Below are positions 29,770 through 38,745 of a stretch of 42,615 bases of DNA, in pieces; within the stretch, counting starts at the first letter, position 1, and every line of letters starts with the position of its first letter. The translations under genes and the position numbers were made by a program. The notes beneath the pieces are model-generated. The model did no database searches, had not been told where the DNA came from, and saw only the letters and a list, made by a program, of their open reading frames with translations. Source of the DNA: Cyanobacteria bacterium P01_D01_bin.156 (GTDB lineage: Bacteria; Cyanobacteriota; Cyanobacteriia; Phormidesmidales; Phormidesmidaceae); assembly GCA_039024555.1 (NCBI GenBank), contig JBCCQQ010000055.1, forward strand, positions 1 through 42,615, in the 5' to 3' direction.

Positions 29770-29819
29770 TACCTATGAACCCGACTAACAGACAGTTAGT
29801 CGGGTTCATAGGTATCAGT
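29765..29819. repeat. Perfect 25-bp inverted repeat, 5-nt loop
   Basis: actgatacctatgaacccgactaac-agaca-gttagtcgggttcataggtatcagt; overlaps the stop codon of precursor 2. Confidence 0.9.
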
Positions 29820-29975
29820 CACAACTTTGATTTCAAAGCAAACAAAAAGCAAAGCATCTGCAAGTCATATACACATCGCCTGCGAACACGCCTTGCTAGA
29901 AAAATTTACAATTTGACATCAATAGTTCGATTTTTTTGAACTTACAATTTGGGAAGAAGCTACCCAAAATTGATT

Positions 29976-30551
29976 ATGGTTGCGATCGCAATAGTATATT
30001 TTTCAGGCCAAGGTCACACCCACATGATGGCCAAATCTCTGGCAGAGGGAATCACGGCAGCTGGTGGAACACCTCATCTCCTAAGCATCACGGGCGAGAA
30101 AATTGTAAATGGCCGCTGGAAAGATGACGATGCACTAGGCACACTATCTGCAGCCGATGGCATTATCTTTGGTACCCCTACTTACATGGGTGGTGTGACA
30201 GGCCAGTTTAAATGCTTTATCGATGCCGCCAGTGCCACTTGGTTTCAACAGGGCTGGAAAGATAAAGTAGCAGGCGGTTTTACCCACTCTGGTTCTCCCA
30301 GTGGAGATAAACAAGGAACATTGCTTTATCTAGCGATTAACGCCGCTCAGCATGGCATGATCTGGGTTGGGCCTACAGATATGCCCAATCCCGAAACAGG
30401 CGTTAATCGCTTAGGCTCCTTTATGGGAGTGATGGGAAACAGTATGTTGGACATGAGTGGTGCTCCAGCTCAGGTAGATCCTGGAGACTTAGAATCCTCT
30501 AAGCGCTATGGTCAACGGCTCACCGCTGTGGCACAAAAAATGTCCGCCTAA
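29976..30551 (+). CDS. Flavodoxin-like WrbA/NADPH-dependent FMN reductase family protein
   Basis: IVYFSGQGHT, IIFGTPTYMG, WKDKVAGGFT, SGDKQGTL, QHGMIWVG; start at ATG 29976. Confidence 0.9.
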   Translation: MVAIAIVYFSGQGHTHMMAKSLAEGITAAGGTPHLLSITGEKIVNGRWKDDDALGTLSAADGIIFGTPTYMGGVTGQFKCFIDAASATWFQQGWKDKVAGGFTHSGSPSGDKQGTLLYLAINAAQHGMIWVGPTDMPNPETGVNRLGSFMGVMGNSMLDMSGAPAQVDPGDLESSKRYGQRLTAVAQKMSA

Positions 30552-30658
30552 ATCTTCAATTATTAGAATAGCTGACGGTTACCCTTAGCTGACCTGTCCC
30601 CTGTCGTATTAGGGTAGAGGATGGGTTTGAGAACCCACTGGTTAATAGGAGCCCTAGA

Positions 30659-31684
30659 ATGATTCAAGCTGTACGCACCTCAGTTGATTGGAACCTGCTG
30701 GCAGAGCAGGCCCTGAAAGATCAAGAAATTAGCCAGCAGGATGCGCTGAGGGTATTACAGGCTGACGATACTGAACTCCTAGCTCAACTCGCAGCAGCTT
30801 ACCGGGTGCGCTACCACTACTGGGGTAACCGGGTCCGCCTTCACTTTTTATTGAATGCCCAGAGTGGTCTATGTCCCGAAGACTGCCATTATTGCTCCCA
30901 GTCCAAAATTTCATCCGCTGAAATTGATAAATATCCGCTAATGGCTAAGGATAGGATTTTAGCCGCAGCGGATCGAGCTCATAAACTCAAAGCTGGCACA
31001 TTCTGCATGGCGATTTCAGGCCGCACCCCCTCAGCAAATACGTTGGAGCAAATTTTAGAGGCCGTACAGGCTGTAAAAAATAAGTATCCCATGCGGGTGT
31101 GCACCACTTTAGGGCTGCTAGATGAGGATCAGGCTAAGCAGCTCAAGGCGGCTGGCGTAGATCGCATTAACCACAATCTCAATACAGCTGAAACTCACCA
31201 CAAGGAAATTTGTACTACCCATGGCTACCAGGATCGTTTAGCCACAGTGAAAGCTGTACAAGCAGCCGGGTTGACCACATGCTCTGGCGGCATTTTGGGG
31301 ATGGGGGAGTCAGATGAAGATATTATCAATTTGGCGAAATCATTGCGAGAGCTCAATGTCACCAGCGTCCCGGTTAACTTTTTAATACCCATTGAAGGAA
31401 CACCGTTTGTAGACCGTGGCAAGCTAACGCCTCAACGCTGTCTAAGGATTTTGTGCCTCTTCCGATTTTTACTACCCTCTCAAGAAATCCGGATTGCGGG
31501 TGGACGAGAAGTACATTTGCGATCGCAGCAGCCCTTAGCCTTGTATCCAGCAAACTCCATTTTTGTAGGGGACTATCTCACCACATTCGGTCAGAGCGCC
31601 GAAGCAGACTACACCATGATCAAAGATGCTGGTTTCAGCCTAGAAGCCGCTGACGGCAGTCCACTAGTGGATGCAGCTATATAA
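30659..31684 (+). CDS. bioB: Biotin synthase
   Basis: [54 protein letters not shown]. Confidence 0.96.
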   Translation: MIQAVRTSVDWNLLAEQALKDQEISQQDALRVLQADDTELLAQLAAAYRVRYHYWGNRVRLHFLLNAQSGLCPEDCHYCSQSKISSAEIDKYPLMAKDRILAAADRAHKLKAGTFCMAISGRTPSANTLEQILEAVQAVKNKYPMRVCTTLGLLDEDQAKQLKAAGVDRINHNLNTAETHHKEICTTHGYQDRLATVKAVQAAGLTTCSGGILGMGESDEDIINLAKSLRELNVTSVPVNFLIPIEGTPFVDRGKLTPQRCLRILCLFRFLLPSQEIRIAGGREVHLRSQQPLALYPANSIFVGDYLTTFGQSAEADYTMIKDAGFSLEAADGSPLVDAAI

Positions 31685-31720
31685 AGAACAGTTGATATAA
31701 CTCGGTAAATACAGCTAGAA

Positions 31721-31742
31721 TGATGTATCAGAAATTACATCA
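31721..31742. promoter_or_regulatory. Palindrome matching the NtcA-type site TGTA-N8-TACA
   Basis: tgaTGTAtcagaaatTACAtca in the bioB-phosphatase intergenic region; no clear -10 box at canonical spacing. Confidence 0.35.
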
Positions 31743-32043
31743 GCACGGTCGTTCATTGAGTTTAGTTGAGCTTTCGATAGGATCCTCCCGACTGACAAGA
31801 GCATCGCAGGATAAATAAAACTGCAATTACCACCTACTTTTTTCCCAAAAACGTCTATTGCTCGCATAAACCTTCCTTAAAGCATTCGAAAATCCTACCG
31901 ATGGATGTGTCGTATATACGTATGAGCAAGGCATACTAAGTCCATATCTAATCTACTTGTTGATTTGAAGCACAGACCGTAGCTGAACCTCCTATCTGCG
32001 TTTGACCTTTACCGTTCGATATCCTATCCCTCAAACATCTGTT

Positions 32044-32796
32044 ATGACCCGTCGCATTTTTATTGGTGATATCCATGGACACTATGAGGGTCTTATGCGG
32101 TTACTGGAAGCAATTAATCCGGCTCTGACAGACAATATCTTTTTTGTGGGGGATTTGATTGACCGCGGACCACGTAGCCGTCAGGTAGTCGAGTATGTGC
32201 GAAAAAGCGGTCATCAATGTGTCATGGGCAATCATGAGCAACTGCTGCTCGAAGCTTTCCCCAATGGTGAAGCTCATATGCCCGCATTTCAAGGGTGGCT
32301 GTACAGCGGCGGGCAGTCCACACTCTCTAGCTACAATAACGTTGACGACCTTTTTGAACACCTCGAATGGATTAAGGGACTTCCCTTTTATCTTGATTTA
32401 GGTGACATCTGGCTAGTTCACGCAGGGTTAAATCCTCAGCGAACCTTAATAGAACAAACTAGTCACGAATATTGTTGGATTCGTGAGCTTTTCCACAGCC
32501 ATCAAACAGCTTATTTTTCCGACAAACTCATTATTACCGGTCACACCATCACATTTACCCTGCCAGGTATCAACCCTGGAGAAATCGCTCGGGGTCCAGG
32601 TTGGTTAGACATTGATACCGGAGCTTATCATCCAAAAAGCGGCTGGCTAACAGCCTTAGATGTGGACAACAATACGGTTTATCAATACAACGTTTTCAGC
32701 CATATGGTGAGAATGCGTCCTACTGAAGATGCTGAAGCGCCTGTCCTCCAACATAAGATCAAACAGCGTTCTCACCATCAATTGGTGAATTCCTAA
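32044..32796 (+). CDS. Metallophosphoesterase (PPP-type Ser/Thr protein phosphatase family)
   Basis: GDIHG, VGDLIDRGP, MGNHE, VHAG, GHT, IDTG motifs. Confidence 0.92.
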   Translation: MTRRIFIGDIHGHYEGLMRLLEAINPALTDNIFFVGDLIDRGPRSRQVVEYVRKSGHQCVMGNHEQLLLEAFPNGEAHMPAFQGWLYSGGQSTLSSYNNVDDLFEHLEWIKGLPFYLDLGDIWLVHAGLNPQRTLIEQTSHEYCWIRELFHSHQTAYFSDKLIITGHTITFTLPGINPGEIARGPGWLDIDTGAYHPKSGWLTALDVDNNTVYQYNVFSHMVRMRPTEDAEAPVLQHKIKQRSHHQLVNS

Positions 32797-32806
32797 AGAA
32801 AGAAAA

Positions 32807-35482
32807 CTAGACATTAGACTGAGCAGCGCGAAGCGAGACCTTTGAGAGCGCCTTTGCAAGGCTGTCGCGGCGCATGGGTTTGCTCATGTAGTCATCCATA
32901 CCCGCCTTAAGGCAATATGCCCGATCCTCAGAGCTTGCATTGGCGGTCATTGCAATAATCCAAGGTTGAGAAATGGATTGACCCATTTGGCGAATACGTC
33001 GAGTCGCTTCCACACCACTCATTTGCGGCATACGCATATCCATTAGAACCACATCATAGATAGCTTGGTTCACTGCTTCAATAGCGGCAGCTCCTGTAGA
33101 GACTGCATTAGCTTGGTGCCCCAGCAGTTGAAGCATATGTTGCGCTACCCGTTGGTTTACCGGATTATCATCAGCAATTAAAACTTGCAACCCCATAGCT
33201 GACACATCAGCTACCTGCCCTGAGTCAGTAGACTGATGCTCTATTTCTGTCGGCAATGCATGGACTTGGACCAACGCTCGGTATAAGGCGGCTTGTTTAA
33301 TCGGTTTCCAAATAACCGCCATATCCGATCGATTGATTGCTGACTCTACAGTCTTCTTTAGGTCTGACAGGATAATTGTTGGCAACGTTGATCGCCCCAT
33401 TGCCTGCCGTATGGACTCAATTGCACTGAGTACAGGAGTCTTGGTAATATCTGCATCCAGAATGACTCCGTCAAACTGCTGCCCTTGCTGCACTAACAGT
33501 AATGCTTCTGCCACACTACGGCTAAAGGTGATCTCGCCCCCTAAACCCTCTAGCTGCCAACCCAGATTCGTTCGTCGTGTCATATTTTGATCGATGATCA
33601 ATATGCGCTGGTTTTCCCAGCTCGCTAACGCAGGAGCATAGGTCGGTTTAATCGTAGCGGGATCAAGCTGAGCCCGAATCGTAAAGAAAAACGTACTCCC
33701 CTGATTCAGGGTACTTTCTACCCACAAAAGCCCCCCCATCGTTTCAGCTAAGCGTTTGCTGATTGTCAGACCCAATCCAGTACCACCATAGTTACGGGTG
33801 GTGGAAGTGCTGGCTTGGCGGAATGGTTCAAATATTTGCGCCAGACGATCTTGCGGGATGCCAATACCGGTATCGCGAATGGCAAAGAGCAGTAAAACAG
33901 ACTGTTCAGAAGGGTGGGACCAACGCGTTACAGGCGCTCCTAAATCATTACTGGGAGATAGCTGTACAACAACAGCAACCTCACCTTTGTCTGTAAATTT
34001 AATCGCATTGCTCAACAAATTGAGAAGAATCTGCCGTAGACGAATGGGATCACTAATGATCACTGGAGGGACCTCAGGCTCAATCATATAAACCAGGTCC
34101 AATGGCTTATTAGCTGCCCGTGTTGCTACGATATCCAGGCTTTCTTCTATTGAGTGACGTACACTGACTTGATGTTCTTCAAGAACCAGTTTACCGGCTT
34201 CAATTTTAGAGAAATCCAAGACATCATTGATCAGTGCCAACAGAGCCTGACTACTATTCTGAATCGTCTCACTAAATTCTCGTTGTTTTGGATCGAGATG
34301 TGTCTCCTGCATCATTTCAGCCAGGCCGATGATGGCATTTAATGGAGTGCGTAGCTCATGGCTCATGGTACCGAGAAATTCATTTCGAGCCTGAAGGATA
34401 GCACCGCTGCGCAGGCGATCTGTAAAGACAATAAAACTCTCAGTCAGGCCAAAAACTAAAAGAGGAGCGGCCAATGGTAGTGCATAGTTCTGGTAAATAG
34501 CACCCCAACAGATAATCAACCAGCTACCAGTACCAATAATCCATATACCCACCTGACGTAAAAATGAGCGCCCCTGTAAACTGACACTAACAAGGGGGCC
34601 AACAAATAACAGTATTACTGTCACCATGTATGGGTTGACAGTTTTCAACCAATTTCCTTCTAGTAGGGTATTTAAAGCTGCAGCATGTACGTACACCCCA
34701 TGCTCTGGCTGATCTTTATCAAACGGAGTACGTATCCAATTATCGATGCCTGACGCAGTAGCACCAACAATTACGATCTTATTCTTAAAGTCATTGGCCG
34801 GTACTTTACCGTCTAAGACATCAATCAACAATCTGCGAGGAAGATCTTCTACAGATGCAGGCCAATTAATCAACATCTCTCCCTGAGAGAACAGGGGAAC
34901 ATTCAGAATATCTGTTGTTAGATTATAGGCCTGTGCTGTAGCCGCTGCCAAAGACCGGCTATTGTTGATGTGAATTCTGTGGCGACGGGTGACACCGTCA
35001 AAATCATCACTATTGTCATCAATATGACCGCTTGCGATCGCAGTGCCATATAACAAAGGAGTCGCCTGGAGAAGCTGCCCCTGGTCATCAATCGTTTCCG
35101 CTAAGATAACCCCCCCATGGCGGGTCATCGCTTCAGCCAAAGCGACATCATCTTCAGTCGCCTCCGGCATCAAGACATCGAAAGCCACAACCCGATTACC
35201 ACTTTCTGCCAAAAAGTTTAATAGATTGACATAGTGTGGGCGCAGTTGTGTTAACTGTCCCAATTCAGTAAGGGTGCCGTTATCGATGGCAATGAGTATG
35301 ATTTCCTCATTCCACGGTCGTTCCCCACGCCACTGAATCACAATGTCCCTGGCCAGATTTTCCAGTGGTTGAATCAGCCCTACAGAAGATAACGTAACCA
35401 CAACTCCGCTAACAAATACACCTGGCAGTAGCGGTTCACATCGTTGTACAAGCTTGCGCCAATTAGGGAACCACCAACTCAT
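32807..35482 (-). CDS. CHASE2-domain hybrid sensor histidine kinase with two receiver domains
   Basis: CHASE2 (IAID, AFDV, DGVTRR, KIVIVG, GVYVHA), 3 TM, H-box MSHELRTPLN, N/G/F boxes, REC domains with VILD and VLMDMRMP. Confidence 0.93.
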   Translation of the reverse strand: MSWWFPNWRKLVQRCEPLLPGVFVSGVVVTLSSVGLIQPLENLARDIVIQWRGERPWNEEIILIAIDNGTLTELGQLTQLRPHYVNLLNFLAESGNRVVAFDVLMPEATEDDVALAEAMTRHGGVILAETIDDQGQLLQATPLLYGTAIASGHIDDNSDDFDGVTRRHRIHINNSRSLAAATAQAYNLTTDILNVPLFSQGEMLINWPASVEDLPRRLLIDVLDGKVPANDFKNKIVIVGATASGIDNWIRTPFDKDQPEHGVYVHAAALNTLLEGNWLKTVNPYMVTVILLFVGPLVSVSLQGRSFLRQVGIWIIGTGSWLIICWGAIYQNYALPLAAPLLVFGLTESFIVFTDRLRSGAILQARNEFLGTMSHELRTPLNAIIGLAEMMQETHLDPKQREFSETIQNSSQALLALINDVLDFSKIEAGKLVLEEHQVSVRHSIEESLDIVATRAANKPLDLVYMIEPEVPPVIISDPIRLRQILLNLLSNAIKFTDKGEVAVVVQLSPSNDLGAPVTRWSHPSEQSVLLLFAIRDTGIGIPQDRLAQIFEPFRQASTSTTRNYGGTGLGLTISKRLAETMGGLLWVESTLNQGSTFFFTIRAQLDPATIKPTYAPALASWENQRILIIDQNMTRRTNLGWQLEGLGGEITFSRSVAEALLLVQQGQQFDGVILDADITKTPVLSAIESIRQAMGRSTLPTIILSDLKKTVESAINRSDMAVIWKPIKQAALYRALVQVHALPTEIEHQSTDSGQVADVSAMGLQVLIADDNPVNQRVAQHMLQLLGHQANAVSTGAAAIEAVNQAIYDVVLMDMRMPQMSGVEATRRIRQMGQSISQPWIIAMTANASSEDRAYCLKAGMDDYMSKPMRRDSLAKALSKVSLRAAQSNV

Positions 35483-36419
35483 AGATTTTCTCTGTGCCCA
35501 AAGGAGTAATTATTTTTACGTTAAACAGTTCAGTTTCAGGTAACGGCAACAATACGTCAAAATTTCCGTCCCGGTCAGTCTCCTGGGTCTCATCATCAAT
35601 CAGCAACAAATTATAGGGAGACGTATTTCCCTTTAGCAAAACATTGGTTCTAGACCGACCACTTTGCCGGTTACGTCGCTCCACCCTAAAAATCTTAAAC
35701 GTAGCATCGTCCGACAACGGTTCAGGTAAAGATGGAGGTTCCCCAGGAATAATTATGTTTTGAAAACCGGCATCTACAGATACAGATTCTCCCTGAGCCG
35801 AGGACGTTACCCTGCCTTCTTCGACGACTAAAGCGGAGCGCCCACCAGGTTGCGTAATGATCCCAAAGTCGGTACCCCTGACACCATTAACACCTGCCGG
35901 CGTTCGTATCTCTAAGCGCGAATCGGGATTGGTAAAGGGCCGTACAAATATCCTAGCCTGACCACGCTGAACATCTAGTTGGGTAACTTTACCCCCTCTC
36001 GGTGTGGTGTACAAATCTGTTATTCGTAGGTCCGTATTCTCAGAAACACTGACAAATCCAATTTGTGTGTCTACGGCCAGTCTTGCCAGGGAACCAGGAC
36101 CTGTACGCACTCCATCGCCGATATTACTCAAGCGCTGACCTCGCTGAGCACGGTTCCAACGACCATTTTGTAAAAATTCAACTGTCCCGCTGAAATTACG
36201 CATCTCTAGCCAGCGATCTACTCGTACAGACAGCGGTCGAGCACTCGTTTCTACCGCTCCCCCGACAACCGTGATCGCAAGACCCACTAACAAATAAAGA
36301 CGATACTTGCGATGATAGGAAATGAGTTTACGAAGTAACAGCCCAACCATATCTATAGGCCCTTTAACAGGTGCAAACGCTACACCAATCATGGCACGAG
36401 TATGTAAAGGCTCTGCCAT
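35463..36419 (-). CDS. FecR-domain protein
   Basis: GDGVRTGPGSLARL, VSENTDL, EIRTPAGVNGVRGTDF, VEEGRV; overlaps the kinase start; true start may be the downstream Met at 36350. Confidence 0.85.
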   Translation of the reverse strand: MAEPLHTRAMIGVAFAPVKGPIDMVGLLLRKLISYHRKYRLYLLVGLAITVVGGAVETSARPLSVRVDRWLEMRNFSGTVEFLQNGRWNRAQRGQRLSNIGDGVRTGPGSLARLAVDTQIGFVSVSENTDLRITDLYTTPRGGKVTQLDVQRGQARIFVRPFTNPDSRLEIRTPAGVNGVRGTDFGIITQPGGRSALVVEEGRVTSSAQGESVSVDAGFQNIIIPGEPPSLPEPLSDDATFKIFRVERRNRQSGRSRTNVLLKGNTSPYNLLLIDDETQETDRDGNFDVLLPLPETELFNVKIITPLGTEKIYELVVP

Positions 36420-36523
36420 AGGTCGTTATATTTGCTTGAGCATTCGAGCAATTTGGCCGAATTTTCCTGAAGTAGCAGCGTAGACGCTGCTACAGCTTCC
36501 CTAGCAAATCACTACTTTGAATT

Positions 36524-36916
36524 TTAAGGTCTCAGACGATTTTCATGGATGACTCTGACCTGCATATCCAGAACGTCACTCATGTGATCCGCTAAAGCCT
36601 TAGCATCCCAATAATTATCCAGCGATGCTACCCGGATATAGCTACCTAGTCGAGATGATGTCACAAATGAATCGGGAATACAGGTTTGAACGATTGGCAA
36701 CCGCGCTTCTAAATCAGTCGTAATCAAAACAATATAAGGGCGATTATCTAACTGACCAATTGAGGTTACATTACTCCCTTCTGCAGTATTGAGATGTTGT
36801 GGAGATACCAAAAAACTACAGGGCTGGGACTGTTGGGCGGCAGCTCTGGTGTTCGTAACCATTAGACACAGACCAAGCGTGGCTAGAGAACAGAGATGTT
36901 TTTGAACACTATTCAA
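36524..36916 (-). CDS. Secreted hypothetical protein
   Basis: Signal peptide ending in AAAQ; RPYIV...CIPDSF..SRLGSYI. Confidence 0.7.
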   Translation of the reverse strand: MNSVQKHLCSLATLGLCLMVTNTRAAAQQSQPCSFLVSPQHLNTAEGSNVTSIGQLDNRPYIVLITTDLEARLPIVQTCIPDSFVTSSRLGSYIRVASLDNYWDAKALADHMSDVLDMQVRVIHENRLRP

Positions 36917-37661
36917 ATTGGTAGCTCCATTGGTAAGAGTGTCTTAGATCATACCAATACAGTTAATTTAGTTCTAACCTACCAGCCGTCAATTTTCGCG
37001 GACACTTGTTATAGAGCATATATGCTCAAAAAGCTCCCAACAGCTACAGCAATATTGCGTCCTAGAAACTACCAGAACATCTGTCCGATATCTTTATCCT
37101 CGTTTATTACGCTGTACAACATCTGAGGATAGTTTTCCGACGGAACGCCGGGAGAATAAGTGGGCCGTCGTCAGCTTATGGTCGGTCATATTGGCAATAG
37201 TGACACGCTGATGTTTTCTGAAACGAGCACGTATTTGCCTGGTTAAGGGTAACGATTCCTGCTGCTGAATGTGCACAGAAGAAGGCTGACTCTGACTAGA
37301 GATATGTGGCACCTCAGGATTAGTAGTCCCTAGAACGACTATTAAAATCACCATCACCAGAGGACGAAGGACGTTAATCCCCAACCACTGAGCATTTTCC
37401 ATGCCCCGTGAAGCCTTGTGAACTATCTGGAAAAACTTAGATCTACTGTTTTGAAAAAGTAAATGCACTCTTCTGGCAAGTGAGACACGTTTATAAGTGA
37501 AGCCTTTAAAGAGTATTACAAATATCAATGATATGCATTAAAGATTCGCATTTTGTCAGAATATCATTACCGAATTGAGAGGCTGAAAGCCTATGTAATC
37601 CTTTCTATTGAGTTAATCACAGCATTAGCGATGCTTTTGCACAAAAGTCATGCCTCCACTA

Positions 37662-38690
37662 TCAATATCGAATTCTAGGATCGATATAGGCATTGAGGAT
37701 ATCGATGGCAATGCTCACCAGGGCAACAATGGTGCCAAAAAATGTCATCAGTCCTTGAACAACTTCATAATCCCGTTGGGAAATGGCTTCAAAGAAACGA
37801 TTGGCTAAACCCGGCCATGAGAAAGTGACCTCTGTAAGCACCGTTCCTCCCAACAGAGAAGCAAAGGTCAGCCCCAAAATCGTGATGACTGGAATCAGCG
37901 CATTCTTCAAGGCATGAACGGTGATAATGCGGAATTCAGGAATTCCTCGGGCACGGGCGGCCTCTACATAGTCGGCTCGCAGGGTTTGCTTGAGGTTAAC
38001 CCGCACCATACGTTCAAACACACCGCTAATGAGAATACCAAGGGTCAAACTCGGTAACGCCAGATGATAGAGGGTAGTTCCAAACTGAGAAAAGTTTGCA
38101 TGGAGTAAGCTATCCAAGAGGTATAACCCCGTAGGACCATCTGGTGGAGTCTGGGTGAGGGGAAAGCGAGTACCAATCGGAAACCACCGCAGTTGTACCG
38201 CAAAGACAAGCTGCAAAATCATACCAAACCAGTACATTGGGGTGGCATAGGTCAGAATGCCAAACAAACGGCCTCCAGCATCCAAAGGGGTATTGGGACG
38301 AGATGCCGCGATAGAGCCCACGGTAATGCCAACAAGCGCTGCCACCGTGAGACCACAAAAGGTGAGTTCAACCGTCGCGGGAAAATGATCGCCAATGATC
38401 TGCCAAACGGTTTGACCCTGACTAGCAATGGAGCTACCTAGATCAAAGCGCAGCAGATGTCCCAAGTAGTCGAGATATTGGAAAAAGAGAGGCTTATCAA
38501 GACCTAGCTGCGATCGCAGCGCTTCCTTAGCCTCTAGTGGTGCTCGTGGCCCCAATAACGCATCCACCGGATCGCCCGGTGTTGCCCGCATCAACAGAAA
38601 TACCACGGTTGTGATGGTCCAGATCATCAACGGTGCCAGCAGCAACCGCGACATTATGTAGTAGCGCAGCGCATTAGCCCGAGATGCCAT
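37662..38690 (-). CDS. Peptide/nickel ABC transporter permease (DppB/OppB family)
   Basis: PGDPV, LGLDKPL..QY, FPATVEL, EAA loop ADYVEAARARG, HALKNALIP, TEVTFSWPGL. Confidence 0.95.
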   Translation of the reverse strand: MASRANALRYYIMSRLLLAPLMIWTITTVVFLLMRATPGDPVDALLGPRAPLEAKEALRSQLGLDKPLFFQYLDYLGHLLRFDLGSSIASQGQTVWQIIGDHFPATVELTFCGLTVAALVGITVGSIAASRPNTPLDAGGRLFGILTYATPMYWFGMILQLVFAVQLRWFPIGTRFPLTQTPPDGPTGLYLLDSLLHANFSQFGTTLYHLALPSLTLGILISGVFERMVRVNLKQTLRADYVEAARARGIPEFRIITVHALKNALIPVITILGLTFASLLGGTVLTEVTFSWPGLANRFFEAISQRDYEVVQGLMTFFGTIVALVSIAIDILNAYIDPRIRY

Positions 38691-38745
38691 AGATTCCCTC
38701 TTATCTCTTTACCAACTCAACTTTGAATGGTAGGCAGTGCCCATC

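Noticed and set aside
30659..31684. Second radical SAM gene near the peptides as a possible maturase
   Set aside because: Clearly a canonical biotin synthase with all BioB motifs
37094..37528. 144 aa minus-strand ORF
   Set aside because: Non-ATG start and no recognisable domain; a shorter TM-containing product from the internal Met is possible but unsupported
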